Shown here piece after piece: positions 24,611 through 37,069 of a stretch of 64,000 nucleotides of DNA. The DNA comes from an uncultured Candidatus Peribacteria bacterium. GTDB lineage: Bacteria > Patescibacteriota > Gracilibacteria > BD1-5 > UBA2023. The notes under the pieces are model-generated. The model ran no database searches. It was given only the letters and a program-made list of their open reading frames with translations, and had not been told where the DNA came from. The stretch lies in assembly GCA_964618565.1 (NCBI GenBank), contig CAZUBA010000001.1:20998-84997 (forward strand). Direction: 5' to 3'. The translations under genes and the position numbers were made by a program. Every line of letters starts with the position of its first letter. Position 1 is the first letter of the stretch.

Positions 24611-26110
24611 ATGGAAGAAATAAATTTTAAAATATACTTTTCAGATTTCTTTGAAGTAAGTCATGAAAAGATTGAAAAATATTGAGCACTTGATATTTCT
24701 CTCCTTTGTGATAATCCTGCTTTTGTTGACCCATTTCTAATATTTTTTAGTAGTAAGCCAGAATATAAAGAATTACATAAGAATATTATTGATTATATCT
24801 CATACTTAAAAGAAAAGTCTGATGAATGAAAGTTCGAAGAAAGAAATGCTATATTCTCAGAAGTTAAAGAGGTATGGTTATGATTTTCAAAAAACTCTAA
24901 TCTTTGAATATGACTAAATAAGCATTTTGCTAATGAACTGAAAAATAACCTAAGTTCGTTACTAAATAGCGGAGGAGGTATAACAAAAAGTTCACATTTA
25001 GAAAAGTTATGCTTGATTTGAGATAGAGTTTGAGCAGATAAGATAAGCGATTTTACGATTAATCTTATCAAATCTTTCTTGATTGATTATACTCAAAAGT
25101 TTGCAGAGAAAAATATAGATGAGAAGTTTTTTTGCGATTTTAATATACCAAGATCAGTATTTGATTATAGTTTCTGAGAATGGAAAAGTAAAACTGCTAA
25201 ACTTCCTTTTATAATAAACAAGAAAGGTAAAAAGGAATTTGTTTTGCTGACGCCAAAGGATATTCTCGTAAAAGAAAATGGATGGATAACAAAAAACGAT
25301 TATTTAGATCAAGACACTACAATAATCGATAAGATATCCAATACAGAATTAAAAGAAAGAATTAATAAATATTTCATCTGACTAATGCCGAAAAAGAGAG
25401 ACAAGAAAACTGGGGAAATAACTATTGATGATAATAAGGCAAATAGGCAGAAGGCATTGATATGAACTACCTTTCAATATCCTGTATTATTGGATTATTA
25501 TATCAAGGATAAAGAAGAAAATTGAGATAAATCACTAATTAATAACGTTTTTGATACGACTAATATAGAGACCTATCTATACAAATCTGTTAAAATTGCG
25601 ATTGATGATCTTAATAAAAAACAATTTTATGAAAAACAAATTACTTCATTTGAAGAAGTAGTAGAGAAGGTTAAGGTATTTAAGCATTATCTTGAAGATC
25701 GAGATGGATATAAGATTTTCTGGGATTGAGAAGAATTGAAAGTAAAAGAAAATGATGCTCAAATTATGCTTGATTTGATATTTAGCCCATCAAGCTTTTC
25801 TGTTGATAAGGAAATAAATAATTGAAGATGACCTGTTGATTTAAAAGTTTCAAAATGAAAAGACAGCACTTTAATAGAAGTAAAATTGGCTTCAAATTGA
25901 CAAATTAAAAGTAATTTGCAAAAACAATTAGATATATATAAAAAGGCTGACTGAACTGATAATTGAATATATGTTATATTATATTTTAAAGATAGTGAAT
26001 TATCTAAATTAAATATAATTCTAAAAGAAGTTTGATTGTCTGAATATATAGATAAAAAAGTATTCTTAATTGATTGCAGAAAGAAATTGTCAGCTTCAAA
26101 AGTTAAATAA
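24611..26110 (+). CDS. hypothetical protein with C-terminal PD-(D/E)xK-like nuclease motif
   Basis: 499 aa. C-terminus is ...NNGRGPVDLKVSKGKDSTLIEVKLASN... (D...E-x-K). Checked codon by codon for TAA/TAG. Confidence 0.7.
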
Positions 26111-26126
26111 TTAGTTAATTTATAAT

Positions 26127-27290
26127 ATGAAAAACAAACCAAATAAAGAACATATAATTGCACAAAAAGATGAATTAATATCAGAATTCACCTCTCGTTA
26201 TTGGATGCTTATGACTTTCATATTTATTCTTTATGGAGCTATGTGATGGAAAATTTGGCAGAATTTCGATTGATTAGCTAAGTTTTTTGATACATTTAAA
26301 TTTTCAAATTCAATAATCAATAAATATCTGATAGATAATGTTGAAATTTTAATATCCTTTGGCGTTGTATATTTCACAACTTTGGCTTTCTGGAAATTTA
26401 AAAAAGGTTTATTTAATGATTCAGAATATAAAATAAAATTTTGGTCAGGAATACTTGTCCATAGGTTATTCTCAATGGTAATTCTGTCACCATTCATAAT
26501 TTATTTATTGAATAAAACTATCCCAAACGGTGAATACCATATATTTTGGCTTATAGTCGCCTGATTGTTTTATTACTTATTACCATTATTTTTCTCTATT
26601 TGAAGCAAACAAAGAAAAAAGATTACCGATAATAAGTGTGTATTCCTTTTGATTTGCACAATAATGATTTTTATTATTTATTTGTGTTTTTATATAAATG
26701 GCTTTTGGGAGCCAATGATAATTTTATTTGTATCTTGAATTATCTTTCCATCATCAGACTCTCTTTTAAGGTCATATATAGTATCAATTGATAATTTCAA
26801 TTCTATTGAAAAAGTTCATCAAATTAGCTCCGAATATACTAAAAGTTTAAAAGATTGAACAGTTTGAAGTAAGATTACAAACTTCATTTTAGCAATTGAA
26901 ACAACAGAAGAAAATCCTGTATCACTACCACTCGCTTTCGAAAGTCTTGAAATATTATGAAATATGGCTATTGCATGAGCTTTCTGAATAATTGCTCTTG
27001 TATGGTTTTATGATGCAAATATAATTACAGCATTATATATTCATATTACGCTTGTTGTATCAGCCCTTCACCTATGGCTTATATCAAACAAATTTCCTAA
27101 TATAATAGATATTAAAGCTGATTGAGAATGGTATAATTGAGTATTTTTATTAGAACGTTCAGAGGATAAAATCCTAATTATGAATAAAGAAGGAAAAATA
27201 TTATTTAAACCTGATATTGTTTCTGAGATAAGAATGCCTTTTAAACTTATACAAAAAGAAGAAATTATTAATAAAAAATCACCAAAATAA
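26127..27290 (+). CDS. polytopic membrane protein, unknown family
   Basis: 387 aa with multiple hydrophobic helices (e.g. YWMLMTFIFILYGAMGW, CVFLLICTIMIFIIYLCFY, MAIAGAFGIIALVWFY). Starts 16 nt after the previous stop. Confidence 0.7.
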
Positions 27291-27292
27291 TC

Positions 27293-29089
27293 ATGCCGAA
27301 TCTAATAACAAAATCACTATATGTTGACTATCATGAAAGCAATAAACTTGCGTGGTGGAAGATTAACAACCTTCAAACATATAAATTCATAAAATGAATT
27401 GAAGATGAAGAGGAATGAGAAGATCTTAATGTAAAATTAGGTCAGAAAGTAGAAGATGTGGTTGGTGAATATCTTTTCAGGAAGTTCTGAACTAAAAGAA
27501 CAAATGTTTTTGAAGAAGTAAAATTCAGCGAAAACGTAGATGAAGAACAAGAAGATATAATCCTTACTACATATAAGAATGGTATAGATTCAAACATTAA
27601 GAGAACAGAGGAAGCAATTAAACAAAGGGTTCCTATAATTTATCAAGCTTGATTTATATATAATGGGCTTTTTTGTAGAGTTGATTATCTTGTTTTAAAT
27701 TCAAATTGAAATTATGACTTAATAGAAGTTAAAGCCAAGACATGAGTTAGGAAAGATAGGACTTATAAAAAGGTTCCAAATAAATGAGCTTGAAATCTTG
27801 AAGATGTCTATTTAGCAGACATATCTTTTCAGAAATATGTAATTACAAAAGTCTTTGAAGAAAAAGGTCTTTGAATATTAGAAAACAAATATTTTGCTTA
27901 TCTAAACAATAAATATGTAAGGGATTGAGTGTTGGAAATTGAAAAACTAATAGTTTTGGATCGAGTCGATTGTATAAATGAGATACTTCTTATTTGAGAA
28001 GATGACGATAAGAAGGAAAACAGAGATGATAGCTTACAGCATTTCACATGAATTGAAGAATTAGTAAAAACCCTTGAAATAGACATAAATTTATCCGAAG
28101 AAGAATTCAATTCAAAATACCCTTTCAGTTGAAGTAAATACCTGACATATTTTTGAAAGGATAAGCCTTTCTGAACGATATACTGAAAATGACTTACTCA
28201 TAATTGTGTATGAGCTCTTCATCAATTATGAAAAGTCAATCTCGAAGATTTATGTGATGAAGAAGTATGTATGTTTAATAAGGCTGACTGAACAGTATGA
28301 ACAGCAAGAAAATTCGTGGATAATTATCTGCTTTGTAAAACAAACAGGACTTGCATTATAGAGAAATGAGATATCAAGTGAGAGTTAAATAATCTCAATT
28401 ATCCACTATGTTTTTATGATTATGAAACAGTTTCAGTTCCTATCCCATTTCTTGATAAGACTTCTCCATATCAGCAGGTAGTTGTTCAATACTCTCTGCA
28501 TAAGGTTTATGAGAATTGAGATATCAAGCATTATAGCTGAATACTTGCTGGAACATGAGAACAAAAAATTGAGCTTTTGGAAATAAAAGATAATAAGAAT
28601 AAGGTTGATTTTGAAAATGAGAAACTCATATATTGAGATTATAAAGATGTTCTCATGGCCTTGAAGGATGATATTTGAGAAGATATTGATAGAAGTAGTT
28701 TTATAGTATGGCACAAGCCTTTCGAAAATACAAGAAATAAGGAAGTAGCTCAAATATTCCCGGAATTAGGCGATTTCTATTTGAAGATGAATGATAATAC
28801 TTATGATTTGAAGGAGATCTTTTCTAAATGATTGTATTTTTCTCTTGATTTCAAGGGGTCATGCTCGATTAAGTATGTTTTACCTGCATTAGTGCCTGAA
28901 CTAAGCTATGTATGAATGAATGTTCCAAATTGACTTGTAGCCATGAATGAATTGAATAGAATTATAATCTGAGAAGTTAAAGATGATAATGAAAAACTTC
29001 AAAAACTTACTGACCTACTTTTGTATTGCTGACAAGATAGCCTTGCAATGTTTAAAATATATGAAAAAGTTTTAAGTGTATTAAAATAA
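27293..29089 (+). CDS. DUF2779-like protein (RecB/Cas4-type PD-(D/E)xK N-domain + DEDD-like exonuclease-fold C-domain)
   Basis: 598 aa: ...FCRVDYLVLNSNGNYDLIEVKAKT..., ...PLCFYDYETVSVPIPF...PYQQVVVQYSLH..., ...LLLYCGQDSLAMFKIY... Starts 2 nt after the membrane gene stop. Confidence 0.75.
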
Positions 29090-29112
29090 TTATTTCTTAA
29101 TTAACAAAAATA

Positions 29113-30882
29113 ATGATAAATAGTGCCAACAAATATACAATAGCTCAAATTTTTTGAGATGATCCTTCTGTTAAATATACCATTCCAAAATATCAAAGAG
29201 AATATACTTGGAATAAAGATAATTGGGAAGAATTGCTTAATGATATTCAAGAAAATGAATGAAACCATTTTATCTGATCCATTATCTGTATAAATAATTG
29301 AACAGATACCCTATCAACACCAATGCTTGAATTAGTTGATTGACAGCAGAGGCTATCAACTGTTTCTTTGTTATATTGTGCAATACATAAGCTATTATCA
29401 GACAAAAATACCGAGAATGACGAAGATCTTAAAATGGAATTACATATATTAAAGCTTAAACTTATAAATAAGAAAGATTCTAAATCTAAAATGGAATTAT
29501 CACATCAAAACAATAACTTCAATGATTACAAATGAGTATTGAATGAAATCTGATTATTGAAATTTGGTGAAGAAGTTAAAAACAAGTGAAATAGAAAGAT
29601 ATTCAAGGCATTTAGATTTTTTACTGAAAAATTAAGTATCCTTTCAGTTGATGAATTGTTAGAACTTTTAGGAAAAACAAACAATACCTTACTTGTAAAA
29701 ATAGAAGTAAACTCTCATTCTGATGCATTTATGCTTTTTGAGAGTTTAAATAATAGATGAGTGCCACTTTCTGCAATTGATCTAATTAAAAACAAGCTTC
29801 TTGCAGAAGTTGAAAAAAACAAAATTATGGATATTGATGAAGCATTTTTGGACTGGAACAAGATTATCAATAATCTTGATGAATATTCTATACAAGAAAG
29901 ATATTTAAGGCAATATTACAATGCATTTAAATTTGACGAAAGAATAAAAGTAGATTGACAAAGCAAAGCAACAAAATCTAACCTTATCAAGATATACGAA
30001 ACCCTTATTAATAGAGATATAATATATATATTTAGTGAATTAATAGAAAAATCAAGTATCTACCATGATTTAATGCTTCCTAATGAGTCTGAAAATACGC
30101 TTATTAAATGATTACGAAACGAATTAATTGATTTGAATCATGTTAAGGCTGCACCTTCTTATCTGTTTTTACTATATGCTTTTTCTTTCAGTAAAGATAG
30201 AGATGCTGATTTCTATAAAAAAACGGTAAATTTGCTTGTTAAATACTTCATACGCAGGAATATTACAGATTTTCCTAATACACGCAATTTGGACCAAATA
30301 TTCATTGATTTAATACAAGAAATTAATCAAGATATTAACAGATTGAATTTTGAATACATATCTGAATATCTCACTCATCCTTCAAGATATTCTGACGATG
30401 ATAATTTTAAAAAACATCTAAATTGAGACTTATATGAAACAAATATTGATGCTACGCGTTTCATTTTGAGCAAAATAGAAGAATCAAAGAGAACAAAAGA
30501 AACTAAAACTGATTTTTGGCAAAGTGATGATAACAAGAAATTAGTATGGACCATAGAACATATATTTCCTGAATGAAAGAATATTCCGAAAAGTTGGATA
30601 GATATGATTGCAGAATGAAACAAAGAGGAGGCCGAAAGAATGCAAACAGATCTTGTTCATAAGATATGAAATCTTACTTTGACTTGATATAATCAAAACC
30701 TTTCAAACTTTGATTTTGTAAAGAAAAGAGACAGAAAAGATAACAATGATAATTTTATATGATATAAAAATAATCTTTTCTTAAACGAAGATGTTGTTAA
30801 TAAGGAATCTTGGATCAAAGAAAATATTCAAGAAAGAACGGAAAAGTTGGTAAATATTGCATTGGATATATTTAATATATAG
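29113..30882 (+). CDS. GmrSD-family type IV (modification-dependent) restriction enzyme, DUF262 + DUF1524
   Basis: 589 aa: ...IPKYQREYTWNK..., ...LVDGQQRLSTVSLL... (DUF262), and C-terminal ...WTIEHIFPEG...LVHKIGNLTLTGYNQNLSN... (HNH-like DUF1524). Confidence 0.85.
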
Positions 30883-30929
30883 ATCTTAACTTTGTTAAAG
30901 TAATTATATTAGCATTTAATAAATCTACA

Positions 30930-32147
30930 ATGGTAACACACAATCCAAAGCAAATTATAGAACAACTACAGACAATACTAAGTAACCCTTCCAAAAAAAT
31001 ATGATTTCTTTTTGGTGCCTGAATTTCAATGAAAGATATGAGCTGAAAGGATTTAATTCCAGGAGTTGATATTATGACGGATACTGTCATTAAGAAATTT
31101 ACAAAAGACCCTCAAAGATCAGCAATAGAGGTAATAAAAACTGAAATCATTTCTGATTGAAAGAAATTCAATATAGAAACTCTCTTATCAAAAATTTCTG
31201 AAAAAGAAAGAGCTGCATGAGCTGAAAAGTTGTGTTGATTAAGTAAACACGAATTAGAAATATTAAGAAAAGATATCGAAGATGATATATGCAAACAAGT
31301 GTCTATTCATGAACCAGCTTCTGAAAAAGTTAATGTTGAGACAATTAATCATAACACTTTTGCAAAATGGATTAAAAATGCAGACAGAGAATTTCCTGTT
31401 GAAATTTTTACTTTAAATTATGATTATCTTTTAGAACTATCTTTGGAAAATCAAGGAATTCCTTATTTTGATGGCTTTGTGGGTAGTTATAATGCTTTCT
31501 TTTGTCCAGAATGGATTGAAGATGGTTCTCCCGTAAGAGATTGGGTCAAATTATGGAAATTGCACTGATCACTTGGTTGGAGTCAAAATGAAAAGAAAGA
31601 TATCATAAGGACTTCCTGAGCTGCTTGAACCTCAATGATATATCCTTCATTTTTAAAATATGACCATTCAAAAAAACAGCCATATCTCAGTTATATGGAC
31701 AGATTGTCTTATTTTTTAAAGCAAGAGGATGCAGTTTTGTTTACATGCTGATATTCATTCTGAGATGAACATATTAACGAATTGATATTAACTGCTGTTT
31801 CACGTTCAAGATCTTCTAGTGTCTTCGTACTTAATTTTTGAGAATTAGAAGAAACTGACGAGTTGCCAAAAATTGCTATGAATAATACAAAAATATCTGT
31901 ATATGCAAAAAGGACAGCAGTTATAGGATGAAAATTTTGAGAATGGAAATTAGATTGAGAGCCAGATAAAAATGTTTCGTATAATGTTATCGATTTTGGA
32001 TTTGATGAAGATGCAGTAATGGAGGAAGAATGAAAAACAAATACATGGACGGGTAAATGAAATTTTTGGCTTGGTGATTTTAATAAATTCACAAATTTTT
32101 TATCCCATTTTTATTCTAAATCCAAATATATAAAAAATGATAAATAA
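30930..32147 (+). CDS. SIR2-family protein (SIR2_2 type) of a SIR2-HerA pair
   Basis: 405 aa: ...IGFLFGAGISM..., ...IFTLNYDYLLE..., ...LWKLHGSLGW..., ...LFTCGYSFGDEHIN... Confidence 0.85.
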
Positions 32148-33924
32148 TGAATCTTTTATATGAAAAGTGCGAAGTGTCACTTGAGGTGTACTTGCAATTG
32201 AATTAGATGAGAATATTCGCTCTACTCTGCCTGTAATTGATTGAATATTATACAGAGTATGACAGATAGGTTCTTTTATCAGAATTCCGTTCGGTTACGT
32301 GGATTTATTTGGTGTTGTCACTCAGGCATGATCAGATGCTATACCAGAGAAATTAGTCTGACAAGATAATGCAAAAGGTTCTCGTTGGATAAAAGCAACA
32401 TTGATTTGAGAAAAAATTGGTAGTAAATTTGAAAGATGAGTTATCCAGTTTCCAATAGCAGATGATGAGGTACATTTAGTAACAAAAGATGACCTAGAGG
32501 TTATATACTGATGATTTGATGAGAATAAATCAATTGTTGTAGGACAAATAAGCGCTTCTGAAAATTTAAGTGCAAGAATAGATATTGATCGTTTAATAAA
32601 TCGTCATTGTGCAATTCTATGATCTACATGAAGCTGAAAGTCAAATACAGTTTCGGTCTTATTAGAATCTATAGCTTCAAGAATGGACATTGATGGCAAT
32701 CCTTATAATAGCACAAGAATCTTATTAATAGATCCGCATTGAGAATATTGAGAAATTCTGAAAGAATATAGTCAAGTATTCAGAGTAGGGTCTAATTCTG
32801 AAAATGGAGAACAAGAACTGGTTATCCCATATTGGGCATTACCTTTCCAGGAATTTATAAAAAGCTTCCCTTGAAACTTAAATGAAAAACAAGAAGAATA
32901 CATTAGAGAAAAAGTTTTGCAGAAAAAAATTGCATCAGCTAAGAATTTGACGAATCCACCTGAAGAAGAAGCTATAACTGCAGATAGTCCAATACCATTC
33001 AGTATCAATCAATTATGGTTTGAATTAGATGATTTCGAAAAACAAACATATAGCGAAAGGGCTAATACCGAAACAAAAACCTTGGATGAAGAAGATTTAG
33101 GAGATGCTTCAATTTTAAAATCAAATAAATATAAGCCTGCTGGTAATGGCTGAGCTTCTCCTTTTATGAATAATTCAGCACAAGGCATCTGATCATTTTT
33201 ATATTTGATGAGAAATAGACTATTAGATCAAAGATTTAAATTTCTATATGAACTCGGTGAATTAAAGCCAGATTTAGAAGGTAAAATTAAATGAGATTTA
33301 GATACCCTTATTCAAAAATGGATTGGGACAGATAAACCAATTACAATATTAGATTTATCTAGCGTTCCATCTGAAATCATGTGATCGGTCTCATGATCAT
33401 TACTTTCAATTATTTATGAATTCTTATACTGGTGACAAAATTCTGATGTATGATGAAGAGAAACACCCATTTTATTTGTATTAGAAGAAGCTCATAATTA
33501 TTTGAAATCCGGGGAGAATTCAATTGCATCTAGAACCGTTCAAAGAATAGCAAAAGAGGGAAGAAAATATTGATCATGACTTTTGTTGGTTACCCAAAGA
33601 CCATCTGAGTTAGATGAAACAGTCCTGAGTCAATGTTGATCAGTAATTGCACTAAGAATGACTAATTCAAATGATAGAGGACATATAAAAAGTGCAGTTG
33701 AAGATTCTTTGTCAGACTTAGTTGATTTATTACCAAGCCTAAGGACTGGAGAGTGATTAATAATGGGCGAGTGTGTTAAATTACCAATGCGTACAAAATT
33801 CAATAAAGCAAAGGAATCTAAAAGTACAGATCCTCTTGTATCTGAAAAATGGAAAAAAGAATTGCCAAAAGCCGAAAACTATAAGAAAGTAGTTGATCAT
33901 TGGCGAAATAATAAGTTTTCTTAA
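32137..33924 (+). CDS. herA: HerA-like ATPase (DUF87) of a SIR2-HerA pair
   Basis: 595 aa. Walker A HCAILGSTGSGKSNTV (all three Gly of GSTGSGK are TGA), Walker B ILFVLEEAHNY, ...RKYGSGLLLVTQRPSEL... The ATG overlaps the SIR2 3' end by 11 nt. Confidence 0.9.
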
Positions 33925-33941
33925 TTTTTAATATTATTACT

Positions 33942-34160
33942 ATGGAAATCGAAATGATTGCAGTTTCATCATCAAATATCGAATCTATTTGATATGATTC
34001 TAAAACCGAAACTTTACATGTTTTGTTTTTAAACTGAACAAAATATGAATACAAAGGAGTTCCTGAGACAATTTATGAACAACTCATGAAAGCCCCCTCT
34101 CATGGTTCATTTTTAAACAGAGAAATCAAATGAAAGTACCCTTACGAAAAAATTTGATAG
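33942..34160 (+). CDS. KTSC-domain protein
   Basis: 72 aa: MEIEMIAVSSSNIESIGYDSKTETLHVLFLNGTKYEYKGVPETIYEQLMKAPSHGSFLNREIKGKYPYEKIG. Starts 17 nt after herA. Confidence 0.7.
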
Positions 34161-34191
34161 ACTTTCTATATAAAATTAAATTATATATAAA

Positions 34192-35085
34192 TTAATTTAT
34201 ATATTCTTTATGAAATTCAAGATAGCTAGCAGAACATAAATCTTCTAACTTAAAACCTATTTTTTCAGTTATTAAATTTTTCGCTATTTCACTATCATGA
34301 ACGTAATTAAAGAAAAAAACTTCAGGACTTGTCATAATTCAGAAGCCAAATAATCGCTGTACATATGAATAATAACAAGGGTAATCATCGATTTGATTAA
34401 TGATTCTTTCTTTAATTGGTCATTTTTCAAAATCATCTCAGATAGCTATATTGATTAATCTCGCTATTACATGGATGCAGATATCTATAAGCACAACTCC
34501 CTCTACAAATTCCTCTCTTATAAATCTCAAGTCAAGATCGTTAATTCAGTTATGTATATAATTATGGGATAAGTATTTATATATTCCATAAACAACATCT
34601 TCATGAATTGGATATTTCGACAATTCGGGCTCTTTTACATAGGATATTTGTCAGAGTTTAAATATTCATTCTACTTTAGTTCTACAATTCCTTTCCTCTT
34701 TCCCTGAAAGATGATTATAAAGCCAATTAATATTTTTTTCATAAAAGCTCCTTAAATGTGTTCATGCACTTGTGTAGTATCAAGAGCACAGCATTTTAAA
34801 ACTTAGATGTAGGTCGTCATAGGCCTGTATGATTAGCTGATGATTATCACTGTTGATATTCTTGTCTCCTATAAATCTATCTACCATCTCCATGAGAATC
34901 TGATAATTGTAAAAAGTCCAGTCCAATCATCTTAATTCCCCGAAAATCACTTTTTGTTCTTTTGCAAGAGTTTTAAAGGATTGTTTAAATATTGCTCATT
35001 CTTTTTTGTGCAGTTCTTGGACTTTTTTATATGTAGAGATAAATTTTTCTCTTGGTGGCAACCTTGAAATAAATGTGATTCACAT
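34192..35085 (-). CDS. hypothetical protein
   Basis: 297-aa code-25 ORF MGITFISRLPPREKFISTYKK... No motif recognised. Confidence 0.55.
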
Positions 35086-35206
35086 ATGCTATTTGTTATT
35101 TTTAAATAAGACTAACTGTTAGTGCTTATTATAGTTAAAAGTGCCTAACGGCAAATTATATATTTTAGGCTTAGTTAGGATATTACAGATTCAGTGGAAT
35201 TTTATT

Positions 35207-35812
35207 CTAAACCTGTGATTCAGTTATATTTTCTAATAATGGAATTGCTACAATTTCTAGTTCTTTTTCAACAGTAGATTCTATTTCCTTTGGTTCTTCA
35301 TTTATTTTTAATTCTTTCGAAGGGAATAATTCAGAGAAAGTATATTTCTTTGCTGTCTTATATCTGATAAATTCAATATTCATTGTATCAAATAGTTTGT
35401 TCTTAAATATATCTCATTTCTTTTCCTTATCATGAGTGCAATCATCTAATTCAATACAAAACTTTAATTTTCAGTTTAAATCAGATATTACAAAGTCAAT
35501 ATGCTTCGCTTTTATCTTCTGAAACATACCAAAGGCGATCTTGTCTTTTTTCTGGTCTCTTACTCAGAAGATATCTGCCAATCTAACTTTTGATAGTAGG
35601 ATTACCTCTTTATCTGCAAGATATTCTTCTAACTGCCTATAGAAATTCAGCTCATTAGGGGTAAAGAATATTTTTTCATATACAAACTTCTTTATTTCCA
35701 ATGATTCTTCATCAATTTCTTCTCAGGAATTAAGCTTTTTCAAAAAGCTTATAATTTCTGCAACAGCAAAGATTATTACTAATAATATTGCAAGTGTATA
35801 TATAGGATTCAT
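35207..35812 (-). CDS. DUF2726-domain protein (restriction-endonuclease-like fold) with N-terminal TM anchor
   Basis: 201 aa: MNPIYTLAILLVIIFAVAEII..., ...FFTPNELNFYRQLEEYL...LLSKVRLADIF...HIDFVISD...FCIELDDCTHD... Confidence 0.7.
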
Positions 35813-36388
35813 TATTTGAATTTATTGTTATCCAAGCTAGTGTAACATAAAACTTAATTTATTTCAATTATCTGATTTCTTAGATTTGAATATTTATTGA
35901 AAATTTGTTTATAGTTATTTTTTGGTTTTTCTCTGAGTTAGTTGAGATATAACAATTTTACTATATTAATATAAGGAAAATCACAATAATAGTTGGTGAT
36001 AAAATAAATATAAAAGTGCAACTTATATATTAATTTAACTTTACTATTTATTTTTGTTATTGGCTTTAGAGATAAGGTTGCTTGTTAACATTTTTTTGAA
36101 TTGTTAATTTAGATGATTATTGAATATAGAAAGTTTGTAATTATTTTATTTTTGAAATGAATTTGGTTCTTAATCAGGTATTTAATTATTGAATTTTTTA
36201 TTATATGATATAAGACTTTTTTGATATTAGGATTATTTTAGTTGTATTACAATTTTGAATATATATTATTTTATTGTAGTTATTATTTATCAGAACAATA
36301 AATTATTAATTTGTTAACAAATGTGTTCAGTATTTTTTTATTACCAAAAAATATTTATCATATAGATATATATTAATCTCGTAAATGT

Positions 36389-37057
36389 ATGAATAATAAA
36401 CTCTACCATTCTTCATTGATTAAGCTCATTCCCATTGAATACAATATAGCTTGCAAATATCTTGCAATCCGTACCAGGAATATAGGCAATCTTCAGCTTG
36501 AGACGACAACAAATAATTTTTACAGCCAAGCATGACTAAGCACATATCAATGTTTTCAGAATATTACTGGTTTGAAGCCTTATCTTACAGATAGATTACA
36601 ATATTTTCTGATTCAATCAGAACTTCTAGGGAATACCATAGCTATTGCTGGTGAAGGTGTAGTTGTTTCAAATCAAAAAGCACTTCATTCGATCGTAAGT
36701 CGCAATAATACTGTAGCATTATATAAAGCAATGAATTGAGATGTGATATTATTTGATCAGCAATTTACTTATAAATGACTATTAAAGCCAGATGGAATCG
36801 TTTTGAAAAATGATCGTTTGGTTGTATTCCAGGAAACTGATTGTGCTTCTCAAAGAGTTCGTGTCATAGCAAATAAAGCTAGCATTTACCTTAAGTTTAT
36901 CACTGAGATGATAAATGAATGATACTCAGCCAAAGATATTCGAATTGTGTTTTTTACGACAAATATAAAACGAATCAAGATGCTTTTGAATCTGTGAGTT
37001 TTTTCAAAACTTCAGACATTATGAGTCATTAAGTTTGCAATTAATAATTTGAATTAA
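36389..37057 (+). CDS. Replic_Relax-like (replication-relaxation family) protein, tentative
   Basis: 222 aa. C-terminal half ...KPDGIVLKNDRLVVFQETDCASQRVRVIANKASIYLKF... resembles the PDG...(E/D)xD...K..Y core of that family. The assignment is by eye only. Confidence 0.45.
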
Positions 37058-37069
37058 ATTTTTATCGAT

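Noticed and set aside
32148-32207. ATG at 32148 (MNLLYEKCEVSLEV...) as the HerA start.
   Set aside because: That frame hits TAG after 19 codons. The ATG at 32137, in the other frame, gives the full 595-aa HerA.
35813-36388. AT-rich spacer examined as a possible CRISPR array or leader.
   Set aside because: There are no regularly spaced direct repeats of 25-40 nt, only short AT-rich motifs and two GTTAAC palindromes.
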